Assembly (NCBI GenBank): GCA_038259825.1
Contig: JBBSOK010000001.1
Location: 3,125-67,124, forward strand
Length of the DNA: 64,000 nucleotides
Direction: 5' to 3'
From: Flavobacteriales bacterium
GTDB taxonomy: Bacteria; Bacteroidota; Bacteroidia; Flavobacteriales; Flavobacteriaceae
The position numbers and the translations under genes were made by a program. The notes below the pieces were generated by a model. That model ran no database searches, had not been told where the DNA came from, and saw only the letters and a program-made list of their open reading frames with translations. Positions 28,215 to 38,386 of this stretch are shown piece after piece. Positions within the stretch are counted from its first letter, which is position 1. The number at the start of each line of letters is the position of its first letter.

Positions 28215-29132
28215 TTATTCCACTTTCTTACGAAACCGTTTTAAGAACTCACGTCTATTTTTGACACTTGTCTTTTTAAAAATATTTGAAGCGTGTTTTG
28301 ATACGGTGCTTTCTGCAATGAATAAATCTTTAGAAATATTTCTATAGCTTAAATCACTTAAAATGGAAAGAGCAACCTCAATTTCTCTTCTTGTCAAATC
28401 TTCATAAAAAAACTTACGTTCAATCGCTTCGATCTTTTGCTTTTTTTTGAGAGCGAACACTTCGTGCATTCGGTTATTATTTTCTATAAAGTATAAATAC
28501 CTATCTACTTCAATAGTGGTTATGGCATAGAAGGCCAAGTTCATCACTGTAAAGGTCAACCATTGGTAATCTCCAATAACTGTACAAATAGGTAACAATG
28601 CTATACTTCCCACACTTATAATAGATAATCTATTACGCTTTAAAATAAAGGCATTCGAATTACTTGGATTCGAAATTCGTCTGTAAAATATGAATAGAAA
28701 AATAATGGCAGCTACTGAAATTGGTATGGTAAAAAGAATTCTAGCAGAGGCCAAAGAACCTGTGACAAGATAGGGAACTAAAAATAGAGTGATAAAACTA
28801 ACGGTGGTAAATATGGCAAGATTCCGAATTGAAGAATTAAATTTCAGAACGACAATATCATACTCCTTATAGAGATAATATACAATGTAAATGCACAATG
28901 TGATTGCCACACTATATGTTATGATGTATTGAAGTATAAATGGTCCAGGGAAATTATCAGTAGGAAGAAACCCGCCAGTAGCGTTATAGACAACAAATAA
29001 TAAACCAAGAATTAGAAACCGCTTAAAGTTACTGCCCGGTTTCTTTCCAGAAAAGTAGAGTGTAAACAATACTATAACCGTATCTACTAATAGATAGAAG
29101 AACGTCGTCCAATGTATTGAAGTTCCAAACAT
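28215..29132 (-). CDS. Membrane-anchored LuxR-family transcriptional regulator
   Basis: About 6-7 TM helices are followed by a C-terminal LuxR HTH (LTRREIEVALSILSDLSYRNISKDLFIAESTVSKHASNIFKK). Confidence 0.7.
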   Translation of the reverse strand: MFGTSIHWTTFFYLLVDTVIVLFTLYFSGKKPGSNFKRFLILGLLFVVYNATGGFLPTDNFPGPFILQYIITYSVAITLCIYIVYYLYKEYDIVVLKFNSSIRNLAIFTTVSFITLFLVPYLVTGSLASARILFTIPISVAAIIFLFIFYRRISNPSNSNAFILKRNRLSIISVGSIALLPICTVIGDYQWLTFTVMNLAFYAITTIEVDRYLYFIENNNRMHEVFALKKKQKIEAIERKFFYEDLTRREIEVALSILSDLSYRNISKDLFIAESTVSKHASNIFKKTSVKNRREFLKRFRKKVE

Positions 29133-29140
29133 TTATATTC

Positions 29141-29626
29141 CTATTCATTTTGCTCAAATTTGTTAGTTTCTAAATTTTTGGTAACATTTTTCCAATGAAA
29201 AATTTGTCCGTTCATAGCAATATAAACATCCGGTTTTAGAAATTGCAATGAGCTTATTGCATACCCTAAATTAAAAGATGCATCTGTGTCAGCTGATGAA
29301 CCTAATATGAAAGAACCAACTAAAACAATGGTTTTGTTCAAGTCTTTCTTTCCTATATATTTTGCAGTATCTTCCATTGTGAAAGTGCCGTGAGTTATTA
29401 ATATCTTTAAAGCCTCAGATTCAACAATCTTGCTGACTAATTGTTCTCTATCGCTCTCATTTATTGCTCTACTATCTTTTTTAAATACACTTTCTATGGT
29501 ATATTCAAAATCAGCATTGGCAGCTGTTAGAAAATCTTTAATTGAAATATTTGAATTCGTTTTATCTTTGCCGTCAATATAATCAAGACCTTCAATTGTA
29601 CCGCCTGTAGTTAATATAGCTATCAT
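29141..29626 (-). CDS. Asparaginase N-terminal-domain-like protein
   Basis: MIAILTTGGTIEG contains the TGGTI catalytic-Thr motif of L-asparaginases. At only 161 aa it corresponds to a single domain. It ends 8 nt upstream of the LuxR gene. Confidence 0.55.
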   Translation of the reverse strand: MIAILTTGGTIEGLDYIDGKDKTNSNISIKDFLTAANADFEYTIESVFKKDSRAINESDREQLVSKIVESEALKILITHGTFTMEDTAKYIGKKDLNKTIVLVGSFILGSSADTDASFNLGYAISSLQFLKPDVYIAMNGQIFHWKNVTKNLETNKFEQNE

Positions 29627-29797
29627 AATATTTTGCTATTTTTTACTACATAAAGGTAGGTGTTTTAACTTAGAATAAATAAACAGATTATACACTAAAG
29701 TAAAATTAGACAAAGGTAGTTATCTGTCTTAATCAATTAGAAGTTAGAGATATATTACTCAATTATTGATAATTTTTTGTAGAAGTAATTTACAATT

Positions 29798-31129
29798 TCA
29801 AAAATTAATTACACTGTCTAAGGCTTCATCTGCATCTTTGTGAATGAAATTAGCCTGATAATTTAAGGTAGTTTTCAAATCACTATGCCTATATAATTTC
29901 TGAAGCATTAATGGATGAATTCGGTCACCAGCAATATTTCCAAAGCTGTGACGCGCGATGTGGTTTGAGAGGTTTTTATCAATGCTGCATTCTAAGGCGA
30001 TTCGTTTTAAATACTTATTGAACAGTTTAGTGGCATTTCTTGTTTTCTTAAATACTTCCTCGTTGTCAGAAATGTTTGTGGTGCTAAGAAATGGAAATAC
30101 ATAGCCATTGTTTTCAGCTTTATATTTCTTATATAGGCTTAAAATATTGACTGCTTTTTCAGGTGTTTTTAAACTAACAGGCTTTTCATTTTTATGCATT
30201 ATGTAAAGGAGTCTATCGTCTTTAAAATCTGACCATCTTAATTGTACAGCATCGGAAATTCTGATTCCTGCAAAGTAAAACGCAATTAACCAAACGTTTT
30301 TGGTATGCCAGATAGAAGTATTTGGTTCTAATTCCAAGATTTCAATCTTTTCAATTTCCTTAGAGGTAAGACCAATCTTATGGCTGGAGCCTATGCGGAT
30401 TTTTTCTTTTTCTCCACCAAAGGGGTAGTACTTTACATCAACAACTCCAATTTTGATAGCTTTGTTGAATAGTGTACGTATAAAAATAAGTTGATTGGTA
30501 ATTGTACGCGTTTTTTGTCCAAGATAGACCAAGCAGAAGTCCTTGTATTTATCTAAAAAAGACTCGTTGATGTCTTGAAACTTTAATGTTTTATCCTTTT
30601 TAAAATACGCTACGGAATCCATAAAAGAATGCTTACCCTTTCTTCCTTTACTTACACGTTCCTTTCTGCGTTCCTTAATCTCCTGGATAATGACTTCTTT
30701 TCCTTGAGCTGTGTTGAGGCTTAAAAACTCTTCTAAGTTGTAAAGAATAGACAGTTCGGATTTTGCAACGGAAAATGTGCCGCGCTCATATTTGTTTTTT
30801 ATTCTATCTGAAGCAACGGCAAAAAATGATTTCGAACCTCCTGCACCCTTTAATTTTTGCTTGACTTGCTTAGTTGTGAGTTCTTTCTTGGAATCGAAAT
30901 ATATATCATTGGCCTCAGTAAGCTTTTTCATTAAGAAGTTATTTAACTTCTTTGAATAAGGATGCGTTCTTTTCACCTTTCCCGCATTTTTATCCCAATC
31001 TTTTTCAAGTACATACTGACCAAGCCACTTATAGTTGGTTTTATAGTTTTCGCTGATACGAATGGCAAGGGGTATTGTATTGTCTTTGCGTATCATATTT
31101 TTTCTCAAAACAATTTTTATACTCGCCAT
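29798..31129 (-). CDS. int: Tyrosine-type site-specific integrase
   Basis: The protein is 443 aa with an N-terminal arm-binding-like domain and C-terminal catalytic motifs (AGIRISD, HIARHSFGN, LYRHSDLKTTLNY). It is adjacent to the tRNA remnant. Confidence 0.9.
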   Translation of the reverse strand: MASIKIVLRKNMIRKDNTIPLAIRISENYKTNYKWLGQYVLEKDWDKNAGKVKRTHPYSKKLNNFLMKKLTEANDIYFDSKKELTTKQVKQKLKGAGGSKSFFAVASDRIKNKYERGTFSVAKSELSILYNLEEFLSLNTAQGKEVIIQEIKERRKERVSKGRKGKHSFMDSVAYFKKDKTLKFQDINESFLDKYKDFCLVYLGQKTRTITNQLIFIRTLFNKAIKIGVVDVKYYPFGGEKEKIRIGSSHKIGLTSKEIEKIEILELEPNTSIWHTKNVWLIAFYFAGIRISDAVQLRWSDFKDDRLLYIMHKNEKPVSLKTPEKAVNILSLYKKYKAENNGYVFPFLSTTNISDNEEVFKKTRNATKLFNKYLKRIALECSIDKNLSNHIARHSFGNIAGDRIHPLMLQKLYRHSDLKTTLNYQANFIHKDADEALDSVINF

Positions 31130-31178
31130 AATCTATTAGTTTTGTAAAACACAAATGTAATCAATTTGAAAATTACTT

Positions 31179-31200
31179 AGTACAGAATAAGTACAGAATA
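31179..31200. repeat. Tandem direct repeat, 2 x 11 bp (AGTACAGAATA)
   Basis: Two perfect adjacent copies lie between the integrase start and the tRNA remnant. They are candidate arm-type integrase binding sites. Confidence 0.6.
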
Positions 31201-31275
31201 ATTTGATTTTAATTGATTTCATAAGGTATTTGAAAAAATGTAAAACACTAAAAAACATTTAGTTTGCTGGTGTTT

Positions 31276-31346
31276 GGCGGGTTTTGTTTGAGGGTAACTT
31301 CAAGCTCATAACCCGAAGGTCACTGGTTCGAGTCCAGTTCCCGCTA
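31276..31346 (+). tRNA. tRNA-Met(CAU)-like sequence; only the 3-prime 42 nt (31305-31346) are canonical, so probably an attR remnant or pseudo-tRNA
   Basis: The canonical part comprises anticodon loop CTCATAA, the CCC of an initiator-type stem, variable loop AGGTC, T-arm ACTGG-TTCGAGT-CCAGT and acceptor TCCCGCT+A. On the 5-prime side, GGCGGGT pairs 6/7 with the acceptor. The D stem there has only 3 bp, and the anticodon stem (TCAAG versus CCCGA) has two A:C mismatches. Confidence 0.5.
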
Positions 31347-31348
31347 CT

Positions 31349-31377
31349 AAAAAACCACGCTTTTAGCGTGGTTTTTT
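31349..31377. terminator. Rho-independent terminator (bidirectional shape)
   Basis: The hairpin is AAAAAACCACGC-TTTTA-GCGTGGTTTTTT, located directly after the tRNA 3-prime end. Confidence 0.75.
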
Positions 31378-31405
31378 CATTTATAATAAATTTTTTACTT
31401 AAAAA

Positions 31406-31621
31406 TTACGGCCTGCCTTTAAGTCTAACTTCAATTTTTTTCTTTTTCTCTGTAAGACGTTTCATCAAATCCATATGTTCTGGATCTTTGCTCTCTTTGT
31501 AAATTTCATTAATGCCCAAAATAAGGCGTTTTGCCTCGCGCGATGCCTCAACACGGTCACTAGTGGACATATTGCTCATGCTGGCTTGTTCAAATTCTAA
31601 TGCTTCTTCTATAATTTTCAT
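31406..31621 (-). CDS. Small hypothetical protein
   Basis: This is a 71-aa charged helical ORF with no competing ORF. Its function is unknown. Confidence 0.35.
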   Translation of the reverse strand: MKIIEEALEFEQASMSNMSTSDRVEASREAKRLILGINEIYKESKDPEHMDLMKRLTEKKKKIEVRLKGRP

Positions 31622-31888
31622 TCTAAATTTTTTTGTATTTGCATTTATTTACTAATAAAGGATAGGTCTAAAAATTGGTCTTTCAATATAAGAATAATTG
31701 TTAAGCTATATGCTCGTTTACGGCATAAAATAATGCAATTTTTTGATGTTTAGCTAATTTTTTTTAATTGAATTTAAAATTTAATTAAAACTCTAGATAT
31801 GAGCAGTTTTTAATTTTATACGGATTTTATTTTCGGAGTACATGAAATAATTATGTAAATTGACACCAAACTAAACTAAACCATAACA

Positions 31889-33136
31889 TTGGACTATTTT
31901 TTAATAATTACAATTCTAGTTTCTCTGGCCGCTATTTTCGGCTATATAAATGTACGTTTTTTAAAACTGCCTAATAGTATTGGTTTAATGCTTATAACAA
32001 TTCTATTCTCACTTGGTGTTTTCTTGTTTGCATATTTTGACGATACATTGTTGAAAGCTGAAATTAGTATTATTAATCAAATAGATTTTAAGAGTGTCCT
32101 ATTAGATGTTATGCTTAGCTTTCTGTTATTTGCAGGTGCTTTGCATACTAATTTTCAGCAATTAAAAGTTCAACGTTGGCCAGTTTTAGTTTTTTCTACA
32201 ATGGGTGTTCTAGCGTCGACATTTTTGGTAGGCGCATTAACCTACCTCCTGTTGCTGTTCACAGGATTAGATATAGATTTTATCTATTGCCTTTTGTTTG
32301 GAGCACTTATCTCTCCAACAGACCCAATTGCGGTTATGGGGATTTTAAAAAAAGTAGGTATACCCAAAAAACTTGAAGCAAAAATAGTTGGCGAGTCACT
32401 TTTTAACGACGGAGTAGGTGTGGTTATTTTTCTTTCTATTTTTAAAATAGCAAGTTTAGGAAGTGGCGGTGGTAATGAGGATATAGGTATACGTTCAGTT
32501 TTAGGATTATTTGGTCAAGAGGTAGTCGGCGGTATAGCCCTTGGGTTGTTATTGGGTTATTTAACTTATAAACTATTAAAATCTATAGATGATTATGATA
32601 TAGAGGTGATAATAACCTTGGCCACAGTAATGGCAGGTACTACTGTTGCTCAATATTTTCATCTTTCTGCACCGTTGGCAATGGTTACCGCTGGTCTTAT
32701 AATTGGTAACGATACTATTAGAAAAGGATCTATGAGCGATATCACCGAAACGTATGTAGATAAATTTTGGGAATTAATTGATATTCTTTTAAACACTATT
32801 CTATTTGTATTAATAGGTATGGAAATGTTGGTACTCGATTTTGTGGGAAGCTACATTTTAGCTGGAGTTTTAGCAATACCAATTATTTTGGCGTCCAGAT
32901 ATGCATCATTAGTTTTACCTATAAACTTCTTCAAAAAAAGACTGGAATTTGTACCAAATACAACTCTGATTATGACTTGGGGCGGTCTGCGCGGTGGCAT
33001 TTCAATAGCACTTGCACTTAGTTTGACGGATTTTATGCACAGGGAATTATTTTTAGTAATTACTTATATTGTTGTTGTTTTTTCAATTTTAGTTCAAGGC
33101 TTAACGGTTGGAAAATTGATTGAAAAACTTCGGTAG
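31889..33136 (+). CDS. Cation:proton antiporter (CPA1/NhaP-like)
   Basis: It is a polytopic membrane protein with ISPTDPIAV and SLFNDGVGVV motifs typical of Na+/H+ exchangers. The start codon is TTG. Confidence 0.85.
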   Translation: MDYFLIITILVSLAAIFGYINVRFLKLPNSIGLMLITILFSLGVFLFAYFDDTLLKAEISIINQIDFKSVLLDVMLSFLLFAGALHTNFQQLKVQRWPVLVFSTMGVLASTFLVGALTYLLLLFTGLDIDFIYCLLFGALISPTDPIAVMGILKKVGIPKKLEAKIVGESLFNDGVGVVIFLSIFKIASLGSGGGNEDIGIRSVLGLFGQEVVGGIALGLLLGYLTYKLLKSIDDYDIEVIITLATVMAGTTVAQYFHLSAPLAMVTAGLIIGNDTIRKGSMSDITETYVDKFWELIDILLNTILFVLIGMEMLVLDFVGSYILAGVLAIPIILASRYASLVLPINFFKKRLEFVPNTTLIMTWGGLRGGISIALALSLTDFMHRELFLVITYIVVVFSILVQGLTVGKLIEKLR

Positions 33137-33283
33137 CAAATCAATGCTTAAGAATTAAAAGCTCATAGAAAGACGTTAGAAATTTATTTTTTACAGCTCA
33201 TAACTCTTTAAGCCATCAACTTAAATCCAAAATTCCTAATTCGGAATTCAGAATTAACCCTACCTTTACAAAAATGCAAAATT

Positions 33284-34165
33284 ATGGCGCATAAAGCAGG
33301 CTTCGTAAATATAATTGGTAACCCAAATGTTGGGAAAAGCACGTTGATGAATTCATTTATTGGCGAACGTTTATCTATCATTACATCAAAAGCTCAAACG
33401 ACCAGACATAGAATTTTAGGCATTGTAAATGGTGAAGATTTTCAGGTAATTTTAAGTGATACGCCAGGAATTATAAAGCCAGCTTACGAGTTGCAAGAGC
33501 GAATGATGGATTTTGTAAAAAGTGCCTTTGAAGATGCCGATGTATTGCTTTATTTAGTTGAATTGGGTGAAAAGGAATTAAAAGATGAAGCATTTTTCAA
33601 CAAAATTACCAATGCGAAAATCCCAGTTTTACTATTAATAAATAAGATTGATACCGGAAATGAAACACTACTTTCCGAAGCGGTAGATTTGTGGAAGGAA
33701 AAAGTGCCAAACGCAGAAGTTTTCGCTATTTCCGCGCTTCAAAATTTTGGTGTGCCAGAAGTCTTTAATAGAATTATAGATTTACTGCCCGATAGTCCGC
33801 CATTTTACCCAAAAGATCAATTAACAGATAAGCCAGAACGCTTTTTTGTAAACGAAATTATACGCGAAAAAATCCTAATTCATTATAAAAAAGAAATTCC
33901 GTATTCTGTTGAAATCGATACGGAAGAATTTTTTGAAGATGAAAATATTATAAGAATCCGAAGCGTTATAATGGTAGAGCGCGAAACGCAAAAAGGTATT
34001 ATAATTGGACACAAAGGTTCCGCACTAAAGAGAGTTGGAATAGAGTCGCGTTCAGATTTAGAAAAATTCTTCGGAAAACAAATACATATTGAGTTGTATG
34101 TAAAAGTCAACAAAAATTGGCGAAGCAATGATAGGCAGCTAAAACGTTTTGGTTATAATCAGTAA
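33284..34165 (+). CDS. era: GTPase Era
   Basis: It has G1 GNPNVGKSTLMN, G3 DTPG, G4 NKID and a C-terminal KH domain (GHKGSALKRVG). Confidence 0.95.
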   Translation: MAHKAGFVNIIGNPNVGKSTLMNSFIGERLSIITSKAQTTRHRILGIVNGEDFQVILSDTPGIIKPAYELQERMMDFVKSAFEDADVLLYLVELGEKELKDEAFFNKITNAKIPVLLLINKIDTGNETLLSEAVDLWKEKVPNAEVFAISALQNFGVPEVFNRIIDLLPDSPPFYPKDQLTDKPERFFVNEIIREKILIHYKKEIPYSVEIDTEEFFEDENIIRIRSVIMVERETQKGIIIGHKGSALKRVGIESRSDLEKFFGKQIHIELYVKVNKNWRSNDRQLKRFGYNQ

Positions 34166-34343
34166 AAAATCAGAAGTTGTTTATATAATTCGATATTTAT
34201 AATTTTAGAATGAATTAAATTCATATTTTCAATTCTTAATTTTTTGAAACAATTTTCAAAGAATAATTATCATTTGTTTTAACAATAAAAACAAAACCCT
34301 TTTTTAATTTTATCATTTCATTTAAAAATTTTAAGTAAAAATT

Positions 34344-36275
34344 ATGCAGAACATACAACGCAGCCTTTTCTTTGTGCTGCTTATTGCCCCTTTTCTTTAT
34401 GTGGCAAACGCACAACAACCAAACCCAAATAATCAACAACTATTTAATGACTTCACTTACCGAAGTGGCAACGTTTATAGAACGGCCAGCGGTAAACCGG
34501 GACCAGAATATTGGCAAAATGAAGCTGATTATAAAATTGAAGCTACTTTAAACGAAAAAGATAATAGTATAACCGGAAATGTTATTTTAACGTACACCAA
34601 CAACAGCCCAGAAACATTAGAGTTTTTATGGCTTTATTTGGAACAAAATAGATTTACGCCAGAGTCGCGCGGCACATTAACTACTCCCGTACAAGGGAAT
34701 AGATATAATGGTAATGTAGATGGAGGATACACATTGAATAAAATTCAAGTTGATAATTCATTTACACCAAAAACTATAATTAGCGACACTAGAATGCAGG
34801 TTTTCTTAAAAGAGCCTTTAAAAGCAAAAGGTGGTAAGGTTGAGGTTAGTATGAATTTTACATACAAAATTCCAAAAGAAGGTATGGACCGTATGGGAAG
34901 GTTGGATACAAAAGATGGCACTGTTTACGCAATTGCACAATGGTATCCGCGTGTTGCCGTTTTTGATGAAGTTGTGGGTTGGAATACAGAACCATATTTA
35001 GGTTCCGGCGAGTTTTACTGTGATTATGGTGATTTTGACTATAAAATAACAGCACCTTATAATTTTACAGTTGCAGGATCAGGACAATTACAAAACCCAA
35101 AAGATGTACTTACAAAAACACAAGTTGATAGGTTAGACCAAGCGTCAAAAAGCGATAAAACTGTTTATATTATTAAGCCAGAAGAAGTTGCATTACCTAC
35201 ATCGCATCCAAATACGTCAGGTACTAAAACGTGGCATTTTAAAATGGAAAATACGCGTGATGTAGCTTGGGCTGCTAGTAAAGCTTTCATTTGGGACGCT
35301 GCAAAAATCAATTTGGCTGATGGTAAAGCTGCAATGGCACATTCTGTTTATCCCATTGTTAGCGATGGTCAAAAAGCTTGGTCGCGTTCTACAGAATATA
35401 CAAAAGCGTCAATTGAATTTTATTCAAATAATTATTACCCATATCCTTATGCAACTGCTGTAAATGTTGGTGCAGATGTTGGAGGGATGGAATATCCTGG
35501 CGTTAGTTTTTGCAGTTACAAAAGTAAAGGAGAAAGTCTTTGGGGCGTAACAGACCACGAGTTTGGGCACAATTGGTTTCCAATGATTGTTGGTAGCAAT
35601 GAGCGACGATACGCTTGGATGGATGAAGGTTTCAACACTTTTATAAACCATTACAGTACATTGGCATTTAACAACCAAGAATATCCTTCTACTTTAAACA
35701 AAACTAGAAATACAGTTAGATATCTAACTTTTGAAAATAGAGAAGGTATAGATACGTATCCAGATGTAAGTAATGATTTCAACTTGGCGTATGTTGCCTA
35801 TTATAAACCAGCAACAGGTTTATTTTTATTGCGGGAATATATTTTAGGAGCAGAGCGTTTTGACAATGCCTTTAAAAGTTACATCAAAACATGGGCATTT
35901 AAACACCCACAGCCAAACGACTTTTTTAACCACATGGAAAATGTAGCAGGCGAAAACCTAAATTGGTTCTGGAAAGGTTGGTTTTATGGAAATGGAAATA
36001 TAGATATAGGTGTGGTTGAAGTAGATGAAAACAAAAATGGAAATGTAATAATACTTGAAAATAAAGGTGATTTTCCAATGCCAGTTATGCTTTTGGTAAC
36101 CTTTGAAGATGGTACGACAGAGCAGATAGATTTGCCAGTTGAAATTTGGGCCAAATCCGATACGGCAAAACATTTGGTTAATGGTAGTAAGGAAATTTCA
36201 AGAGTAGAATTTGATCCGAACAAAATGGTGCCAGATATCAACCAATTGAATGATGTTTGGATAAAAACAGATTAA
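34344..36275 (+). CDS. M1-family zinc metallopeptidase
   Basis: A signal peptide is followed by a GMEYPG (GxMEN-like) motif, HEFGHNWF (HExxH) and WMDEGF. Confidence 0.85.
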   Translation: MQNIQRSLFFVLLIAPFLYVANAQQPNPNNQQLFNDFTYRSGNVYRTASGKPGPEYWQNEADYKIEATLNEKDNSITGNVILTYTNNSPETLEFLWLYLEQNRFTPESRGTLTTPVQGNRYNGNVDGGYTLNKIQVDNSFTPKTIISDTRMQVFLKEPLKAKGGKVEVSMNFTYKIPKEGMDRMGRLDTKDGTVYAIAQWYPRVAVFDEVVGWNTEPYLGSGEFYCDYGDFDYKITAPYNFTVAGSGQLQNPKDVLTKTQVDRLDQASKSDKTVYIIKPEEVALPTSHPNTSGTKTWHFKMENTRDVAWAASKAFIWDAAKINLADGKAAMAHSVYPIVSDGQKAWSRSTEYTKASIEFYSNNYYPYPYATAVNVGADVGGMEYPGVSFCSYKSKGESLWGVTDHEFGHNWFPMIVGSNERRYAWMDEGFNTFINHYSTLAFNNQEYPSTLNKTRNTVRYLTFENREGIDTYPDVSNDFNLAYVAYYKPATGLFLLREYILGAERFDNAFKSYIKTWAFKHPQPNDFFNHMENVAGENLNWFWKGWFYGNGNIDIGVVEVDENKNGNVIILENKGDFPMPVMLLVTFEDGTTEQIDLPVEIWAKSDTAKHLVNGSKEISRVEFDPNKMVPDINQLNDVWIKTD

Positions 36276-36440
36276 CATAGTGGGATTTATACTATCTCAA
36301 TGATTGAAATATAAGACTTAAAAATCCAAACTTCTTAAAAGCAGCTTGGATTTTTTTATTTAAATAAATCTGAAAAGGTTAAATATTTAAAATAATATAT
36401 ATTTTATTACGTTAAATAATAAACCTTAACTCAAACTTTT

Positions 36441-36926
36441 ATGTTAAAATCAATTTCAACCCTCTTTTTAGGATGTCTAGCTTTATTTATTGTTTCTTGT
36501 TCTAGTGATGACGACTCGGATTCGAACAGTAACGACAACGCCGCTTTAATTGAAGCTTCAATTACAAATGCTACTAATGGAACTTGGCGCATTTCAAATT
36601 TTAATGATTCGGGCCAAGATGAAACATCAGACTTTACGGGCTATAGTTTTACATTTGGAGCAGACGGAACAATTATCGCCACAAATGGCACAACCACCCA
36701 AACTGGAACGTGGTCTATAACTGATGACAGCAATAGTAGTGACGATGATAGCAGTAATGATGATGATATAGATTTCAACATCAATTTCCCAGTGCCAGAT
36801 ACAAATAATTTTGAAGATTTAAATGACGATTGGGATATTGTAACTACATCAGAAACACAAATTAGTCTTATAGATATTAGTGGAGGTAATGGCGGAATAG
36901 ATGTTTTAATCTTTACCAAAATATAA
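36441..36926 (+). CDS. Acidic lipoprotein
   Basis: It has a lipobox (LFIVSCSSDDD) and D/S-rich low-complexity segments. Confidence 0.5.
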   Translation: MLKSISTLFLGCLALFIVSCSSDDDSDSNSNDNAALIEASITNATNGTWRISNFNDSGQDETSDFTGYSFTFGADGTIIATNGTTTQTGTWSITDDSNSSDDDSSNDDDIDFNINFPVPDTNNFEDLNDDWDIVTTSETQISLIDISGGNGGIDVLIFTKI

Positions 36927-36946
36927 AAATTCATTGAAATAAATAG

Positions 36947-36975
36947 TAAAAGCTTCAGTTTACTGAAGCTTTTTT
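36947..36975 (+). terminator. Rho-independent terminator
   Basis: The hairpin is AAAAGCTTCAG-TTTA-CTGAAGCTTTTTT. Confidence 0.7.
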
Positions 36976-37282
36976 TATCCAAAAAAATCAGAAATTTATA
37001 GTGTCAAAATTCTCTTCAGAAGTAATCTATAAATACCTACAATGCTGAAAGTAATCTAATAAAAAAACACGACCAAAGTCGTGTTTTAAAAAAAACTAAC
37101 TTGCAAAAGAATATCCCCACAAACCCCTGCAAGAAGTTTTATTTTTTTGTTCAAATTTTTATTAATTGAACGTTTTATACTGGATAATTATTTATTCATT
37201 CTTTTGTTTTCATCTAATATTTTTAAGTTAACCCAAATATAAAACAGTATTTTAAGAATTGGAATAAGGCATTTGCCTTATT

Positions 37283-37537
37283 TTAATTTCTTGAAAGGTA
37301 CATTGCCAAAAACGCTAGGCTCGACAATACACTTAGAGCAAAAAATACCCTATTATTTTTTGTAAACTTGTTATTTGGTTCTTCGGAATCTGCTTTTTTG
37401 CATAAATATAAACCTAGGATTAAGGCTGGTATGCCAAATAGCAAAACAATATAATAAAGCCAAATCCAAGAAATTATCAGGCAGAATATTGCTACTATCA
37501 AGGCAATTATATTGTAAACGAGAGCAAGTTTCTTCAA
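37283..37537 (-). CDS. Small membrane protein
   Basis: It is 84 aa with hydrophobic helices and lies immediately downstream of the 244-aa membrane protein gene. Confidence 0.4.
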   Translation of the reverse strand: MKKLALVYNIIALIVAIFCLIISWIWLYYIVLLFGIPALILGLYLCKKADSEEPNNKFTKNNRVFFALSVLSSLAFLAMYLSRN

Positions 37538-37543
37538 AATGAA

Positions 37544-38278
37544 TTATTCTGTAAATTGTTGAAGCTGTTTTTTAATTACGGAATATTCTACAGGTTCTTT
37601 TGCAAGTTTTTTTGCTGCCATATCTAACATTTTACTATCTTTTTTAATTGAGAATAAAGCTAGATCTATAACCAATCTGAAGAAAATTAATGTAACCGCT
37701 GCGGCAATTTCACTATTAAAAATTATGTACAGGAAGAATGAAAAGATAACCACAAACTGCTGAATAAAAATGCGAACATAGGGTTGATAAAAAATATCAT
37801 TTGGAGCATACTCTTTATATTTTTCGTTTTTATAGAAGTTTGAATAAAAATAACCCAGATTATTAACCAAGATAGAGCCCAATAATAATGTAATACCAGC
37901 ACTTGATAGGATAACTGTATAATTATCTATAAGATGAAAGCCATCTTTTAGTCCGGGAACAGACCCTTCAAAAATACTAAACGCAAAAATGGATTGTATG
38001 GCAATAAAAAAACCATAATGAAACGCAAAGAAAAACAACAATGGTATTCCGGACATTTGATTGGCATTTGGAACATCTTCCTTTCCGTATTTAATGACCA
38101 ACCAAAGCTTAACTAGATGTATAATGCCAATAATAATTGTTTCTGAAAAATAAGCAAAAACAATTGTTAAAGGATCAGCAATTTTTAAAAATAATAATAA
38201 AAGTAAAAAAAATGCATTTGCCCAAACTAAGGCATTATTACGTGTTAGTAATAGTAATTTTTTCCAAAAAATTTGCAT
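37544..38278 (-). CDS. Polytopic membrane protein of unknown function
   Basis: It is 244 aa with multiple TM helices. No catalytic motif was recognised. Confidence 0.5.
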   Translation of the reverse strand: MQIFWKKLLLLTRNNALVWANAFFLLLLLFLKIADPLTIVFAYFSETIIIGIIHLVKLWLVIKYGKEDVPNANQMSGIPLLFFFAFHYGFFIAIQSIFAFSIFEGSVPGLKDGFHLIDNYTVILSSAGITLLLGSILVNNLGYFYSNFYKNEKYKEYAPNDIFYQPYVRIFIQQFVVIFSFFLYIIFNSEIAAAVTLIFFRLVIDLALFSIKKDSKMLDMAAKKLAKEPVEYSVIKKQLQQFTE

Positions 38279-38386
38279 TCTTGAGGGGTTATGTAGTATT
38301 TATAATAATTTTTTAATTGTTTCTATGTTTAAATAGCTAAGCCCTACCGTATAGCAGGGCTTCAACTACTTTTGAATTTTTATTTA

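Larger units (their letters stand above)
1..31346. mobile_element. Right-hand portion of a CTnDOT-type integrative conjugative element (ICE); left end outside the window
   Basis: A contiguous block holds Bacteroidota tra genes (traE/F/G/J/K/M/N), rteC, an excisionase-like HTH gene and a tyrosine integrase. It ends at a tRNA-Met 3-prime half followed by a chromosomal terminator. Housekeeping genes begin immediately to the right. Confidence 0.7.

Noticed and set aside
31276-31346. A complete, functional tRNA-Met gene.
   Set aside because: Only the 3-prime 42 nt are canonical. By eye the anticodon stem has two A:C mismatches, the D stem has only 3 bp and there is an extra nucleotide. I therefore treat it as a remnant or pseudo-tRNA, pending tRNAscan-SE.
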